A stretch of 64,000 nt of DNA from assembly GCA_025058595.1 (NCBI GenBank), contig JANXEK010000005.1:4685-68684 (forward strand), written 5' to 3'. Positions 60,867-64,000 of this stretch are shown here, piece by piece (positions within the stretch are counted from its first letter, which is position 1; each line of letters opens with the position of its first letter). The notes beneath the pieces were generated by a model. That model ran no database searches and was not told the origin of the DNA. It saw only the letters and a program-made list of their open reading frames with translations. The DNA comes from Candidatus Bathyarchaeota archaeon. GTDB taxonomy: Archaea; Thermoproteota; CALKCG01; B24; DRYS01. Made by a program: the position numbers and the translations under genes.

Positions 60867-61762
60867 AAGCCTAGCATAGAGGCTACGTATACAGGGTCGT
60901 ATTCTATCAGATCGTCTATACCTGAACCTACACCTATGAAGAATATAGGCTTCCTAAGCGTATACGCTATGTTGAGTATAGCACCACCTTTAACATCTGC
61001 ATCCATCTTCGTTACTATCGCTCCATCAATGCCTACATACTTGTTAAACTCTACAGCCTGATCTACTATATCGTTACCTGTAAGAGCATCGCCGACGAAT
61101 ATCCTTACATCTGGGTTAACAACCCTAACGATCTTACGCATCTCGTCGAGGAGGTTACGTTTAGTTTGCATCCTACCGGCGGTATCTATCAGAACGATAT
61201 CCAGCCCCCTCGCTTTCGCATATTGTACGGCGTCGTAAGCTACAGCTGCAGGGTCTCCTCCATAAACCTGTTTAACCAGATCCACACCCACCATCTTAGA
61301 GAGGATTTCGAGTTGTTCGATAGCCCCAGCTCTGAAGGTATCGCTACACGCCAATACGACCTTGAAACCGCTACGTTTAAGCCTCCATCCAAGCTTAGCT
61401 ATAGTTAAAGTTTTACCTACACCGTTAACCCCTAGGAACAATGCTATGCATGGTTTGCTAGACTCCCGTATAATGTCTTCGAAACTCTTCTCAGGCTCTA
61501 CGGATCTAAGTATATCGAGTATTGATGTTTTTAACGCGGATTCAACCAGGCTCCTCCTATCGGAGAGTCTAGCTATCTTAACACCTATAACCCTATCCTC
61601 TATGAGGCTGCATAGAGATTCAGCTACCTCGAAAGCGACGTCGGCTTCTATAAGCGAATATTTCAATTCTTCTAGATACCCATGGATATCCTCAGGTTTA
61701 AGCTCTGTTTCGAGTATAACGCTTCTAAATCTATCTAAAGCTCTCCTGATAGCTTCAAGCAG
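60863..61762 (-). CDS. ftsY: SRP receptor FtsY (start probably CTG at 61762; alternative TTG at 61798)
   Basis: LIEADVA, GVNGVGKT, DTFRAGAIEQL, DTAGR, TKMDAD.KGG. Confidence 0.95.
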   Translation of the reverse strand: MLEAIRRALDRFRSVILETELKPEDIHGYLEELKYSLIEADVAFEVAESLCSLIEDRVIGVKIARLSDRRSLVESALKTSILDILRSVEPEKSFEDIIRESSKPCIALFLGVNGVGKTLTIAKLGWRLKRSGFKVVLACSDTFRAGAIEQLEILSKMVGVDLVKQVYGGDPAAVAYDAVQYAKARGLDIVLIDTAGRMQTKRNLLDEMRKIVRVVNPDVRIFVGDALTGNDIVDQAVEFNKYVGIDGAIVTKMDADVKGGAILNIAYTLRKPIFFIGVGSGIDDLIEYDPVYVASMLGF

Positions 61763-62198
61763 TTCTCCCGCCCTCCATAGATCTGCCCAACTCTGCAAGC
61801 CTCCTCCTAGCTTCCTCCAACCTTGTAGCTACGTTAACTAGCTGCTGTTGTAGGCTATCTCTAAGCTTTAGGATGCTGTTAGCTCTCTCCTCTATTATCT
61901 TCATAGCATCATCCACCTTCTTCTCGACGTATACATTACTACCCATGTTCAATAGGACGCTCTCTACATCCACGATAACGCATTTAATGTATGATCCGGA
62001 GCCTATCGCTATCAGAGCTTCTGTATTAGGTTTCTCGCTTCTAAGAGAGTTAAGGGTATCGTACGTTTGCCTATGCTCGTTATACGTTGCTTCAGCTATA
62101 GTTAACCTCTGCCTGATATTCTCTGCAGTCTGCTCTAGTATCGATATCTCAGCTATTAGCTGTTCTATCTCCTTCTCCATCTTCGTACGGTTATCCAT
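61755..62198 (-). CDS. pfdA: Prefoldin alpha subunit
   Basis: Coiled coil, beta hairpins (IGSGSYI, GSNVYVEK), coiled coil; canonical position between LX and ftsY. Confidence 0.92.
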   Translation of the reverse strand: MDNRTKMEKEIEQLIAEISILEQTAENIRQRLTIAEATYNEHRQTYDTLNSLRSEKPNTEALIAIGSGSYIKCVIVDVESVLLNMGSNVYVEKKVDDAMKIIEERANSILKLRDSLQQQLVNVATRLEEARRRLAELGRSMEGGRTA

Positions 62199-62385
62199 CC
62201 TCGTGCACCTCCACGTTCTCAACCTTCAGATTACGTCTCTTCACTTTATGGTGACTACCTATATCGGAATATAGCTTCTCTAAAGCATCTTCAAAGCTTA
62301 AAGCTCTAATCTCCTTAGTAAGTTTAGTTTTGAATATCCCGGTCCTATATGAGCAGGTGATCTTAAACATCTTTATTTCGCCCAT
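62191..62385 (-). CDS. rpl18a: 50S ribosomal protein L18Ae/LX
   Basis: TKEIRAL..EDALEKLYSDIGSHHKVKR. Confidence 0.92.
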   Translation of the reverse strand: MGEIKMFKITCSYRTGIFKTKLTKEIRALSFEDALEKLYSDIGSHHKVKRRNLKVENVEVHEDG

Positions 62386-62425
62386 AGCAATCTATCTAAC
62401 CTTGAATATAGCTTCTAGATTAGCT

Positions 62426-63106
62426 TTACTCCTCCACATGGAATGCTTCTGTTATACGAGCTAGTTCTGAGCCTCTAGTAGTATCGCTCACTATAAGCCC
62501 GTAGCTATTCGCTACGACCCCTATCTTAACGAGCCTACTCCCATAGTTTACGGTTCCCTTATACACAGGTACCTTCAATACATCCCTGATAACCTGCTCC
62601 TCCTCAGATGATATCATAGGATCGACGAGGACCCCTTTATTTGTCGCTACAGCTAAGCTACCTATATACGGTAGATTCTCTATACTCCCCACCTCAACCT
62701 CTATATCTAGTGTATCGGATATGATCTTAACCTGATCTCTAGATAGACGTAAACCTGAAAGACACCCTGAATCGTTCACTAGGAGGAAATTACCTATAGC
62801 AGTCCATCTGCTAGGTAGGATTGCCATCCTCGTATCCCTAGGTAGATTTGCTCTTATCCTTTCAAGCTCACTATCATCTATCAGCTGCGGGAGAATTATA
62901 CCGTTAGAATTAGCGATAGTGAATATCCCTATGAGGTCAGATTTGTATACCGTAGTTTTGATGATCGTATCGACTCTAAACGTATCCGCGAATAACCTAA
63001 CATCATTATCCATAGTTGATTCTGGACATATAACGAACCTATCGGTTGCTCTAAGATATACGCCTATACATGTCCTTCCATAGAAATTGTAGTGAGATAA
63101 AGGCAG
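62426..63106 (-). CDS. eif6: Translation initiation factor aIF6 (probable CTG start)
   Basis: Frame is open upstream of ATG 63013 through PLSHYNFYGRTCIGVY (first IF6 repeat); IGNFLLVND, ATNKG, GTVN.G, ANSYG, T.G.EL. Confidence 0.92.
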   Translation of the reverse strand: MPLSHYNFYGRTCIGVYLRATDRFVICPESTMDNDVRLFADTFRVDTIIKTTVYKSDLIGIFTIANSNGIILPQLIDDSELERIRANLPRDTRMAILPSRWTAIGNFLLVNDSGCLSGLRLSRDQVKIISDTLDIEVEVGSIENLPYIGSLAVATNKGVLVDPMISSEEEQVIRDVLKVPVYKGTVNYGSRLVKIGVVANSYGLIVSDTTRGSELARITEAFHVEE

Positions 63107-63112
63107 AAGATC

Positions 63113-63400
63113 CTACACCTCCTCAGCGGGGTATACCGTGTATACATCCTCCTCCCTCACAACCCTAACCTTAACCCTGCGAGGAGGCTTCTCCCTACCC
63201 CTACTCCATATCAACCTATTCAATTCTTCGGATATCTTTACACGGCTCCCCTCCTCGGCTTTCACTCCGAGGTGACGTTCGATAAACCTCTTCACGATCT
63301 TCACAGCTGTCGGAGCTCTATCTGTCCAGGGAGCCCTCCACGCACCTCTAAGAGGTATGGTGTAAATCCTCTCCTCAGAAGAACCGCCGCTCATAAGCAT
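63113..63400 (-). CDS. rpl31e: 50S ribosomal protein L31e
   Basis: ERIYTIPLR, RAP.AVK, LN..IWSRG.EKPPRRVKV. Confidence 0.96.
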   Translation of the reverse strand: MLMSGGSSEERIYTIPLRGAWRAPWTDRAPTAVKIVKRFIERHLGVKAEEGSRVKISEELNRLIWSRGREKPPRRVKVRVVREEDVYTVYPAEEV

Positions 63401-63410
63401 ACCTCCCAGG

Positions 63411-63566
63411 CTATGCCCCTATCTTAACCCTCCTCCAATGCCTCCTTGTAGGGGTAAACCTAAACTTACCTAGAGTTTTCGCTACAACCCATATCGGTAC
63501 CGTCCTGCTCCTCCTTCTCTCAGCTATAAGCCTTCTCTTCTTAGCAGTAGGTTTATGCCTAGCCAT
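63411..63566 (-). CDS. rpl39e: 50S ribosomal protein L39e
   Basis: Manual translation MARHKPTAKKRRLIAERRRSRTVPIWVVAKTLGKFRFTPTRRHWRRVKIGA. Confidence 0.95.
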   Translation of the reverse strand: MARHKPTAKKRRLIAERRRSRTVPIWVVAKTLGKFRFTPTRRHWRRVKIGA

Positions 63567-63568
63567 AC

Positions 63569-63901
63569 CTATAGCCTCCATATACGCGTCTCACGTTTCT
63601 CTGTAGACACAAGTTTAAGTAGGATCTGTTTAAGAGCCTCATCTGTGATAGGCGTAGGTATACGTCCAGTTTGAGCTGCTTTTATGAGTTCAAGCTCGAG
63701 TTGACGAACGAAATCAGGCTTCACCATCCTAAGGTTTGCTAATCTCTGTCTAGCTTCAGGTGTGAGTATCTGAGTTAGAGCTATCTGTATACTCCTCTCA
63801 CGTTCAGCTCTAAGCTTCTCCTCTTCAGCAGCTCTCTGCAGCTCTAATAGCCTCCTACGTTTAAGCTCCTCAAGTTTGGCATCATACTCTTCATAACTCA
63901 A
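63569..63901 (-). CDS. PDCD5-like dsDNA-binding protein
   Basis: QILTPEARQRLANLRMVKP, ITDE.LK.IL; canonical position between S19e and L39e. Confidence 0.92.
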   Translation of the reverse strand: MSYEEYDAKLEELKRRRLLELQRAAEEEKLRAERERSIQIALTQILTPEARQRLANLRMVKPDFVRQLELELIKAAQTGRIPTPITDEALKQILLKLVSTEKRETRIWRL

Positions 63902-64000
63902 CCTTCATAATACCTCCCGATCTCCGGTATAGGACTTCTCTTCGAAACCTCGTGAGCAATCCTATCCAGCAGGGATCTACCTTTAGAAGTTAAAACCCTG
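63898..64000 (-). CDS. rps19e: 30S ribosomal protein S19e, C-terminal part
   Basis: RVLTSKGRSLLDRIAHEV...PEIGRY*; conserved synteny. Confidence 0.88.
   Translation of the reverse strand, partial: RVLTSKGRSLLDRIAHEVSKRSPIPEIGRYYEG

Noticed and set aside
1-64000. CRISPR array, rRNA or intact IS element
   Set aside because: No regularly spaced repeats, rRNA-like stretch or transposase motifs seen.

Overview
Window from a TACK-group archaeon. The gene set (rpL38e, SMC-ScpA-ScpB, PolB3, tandem purP, GTPBP1-like GTPase) fits Bathyarchaeia or a relative; this assignment is inferred. Most of it is housekeeping: ribosomal protein clusters, six tRNAs, CysRS, SRP19/FtsY, peptidases and a Liv-type ABC transporter. 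Two small accessory patches lie next to tRNA-Ser (decayed tyrosine integrase) and tRNA-Leu (MgtA-type ATPase plus relics). The standout is the aIF5A gene (2088-2516, minus), missed by the ORF track because a 36-nt structured insert with in-frame stops splits it inside the hypusine-lysine codon. The insert folds into a bulge-helix-bulge-type splice motif, and removing it at the canonical archaeal endonuclease cut sites restores SKPGKHGSAK exactly, so it is a candidate archaeal pre-mRNA intron outside cbf5. Other oddities: an MscL with its C-terminal helix apparently moved to the N-terminus, a PolB3 lacking proofreading residues, a tRNA-Gly with C33, probable CTG starts, and a P-type ATPase with a wHTH-like tail. 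Three 1-nt homopolymer frameshifts suggest some assembly error. All calls come from reading the sequence; no searches were run.
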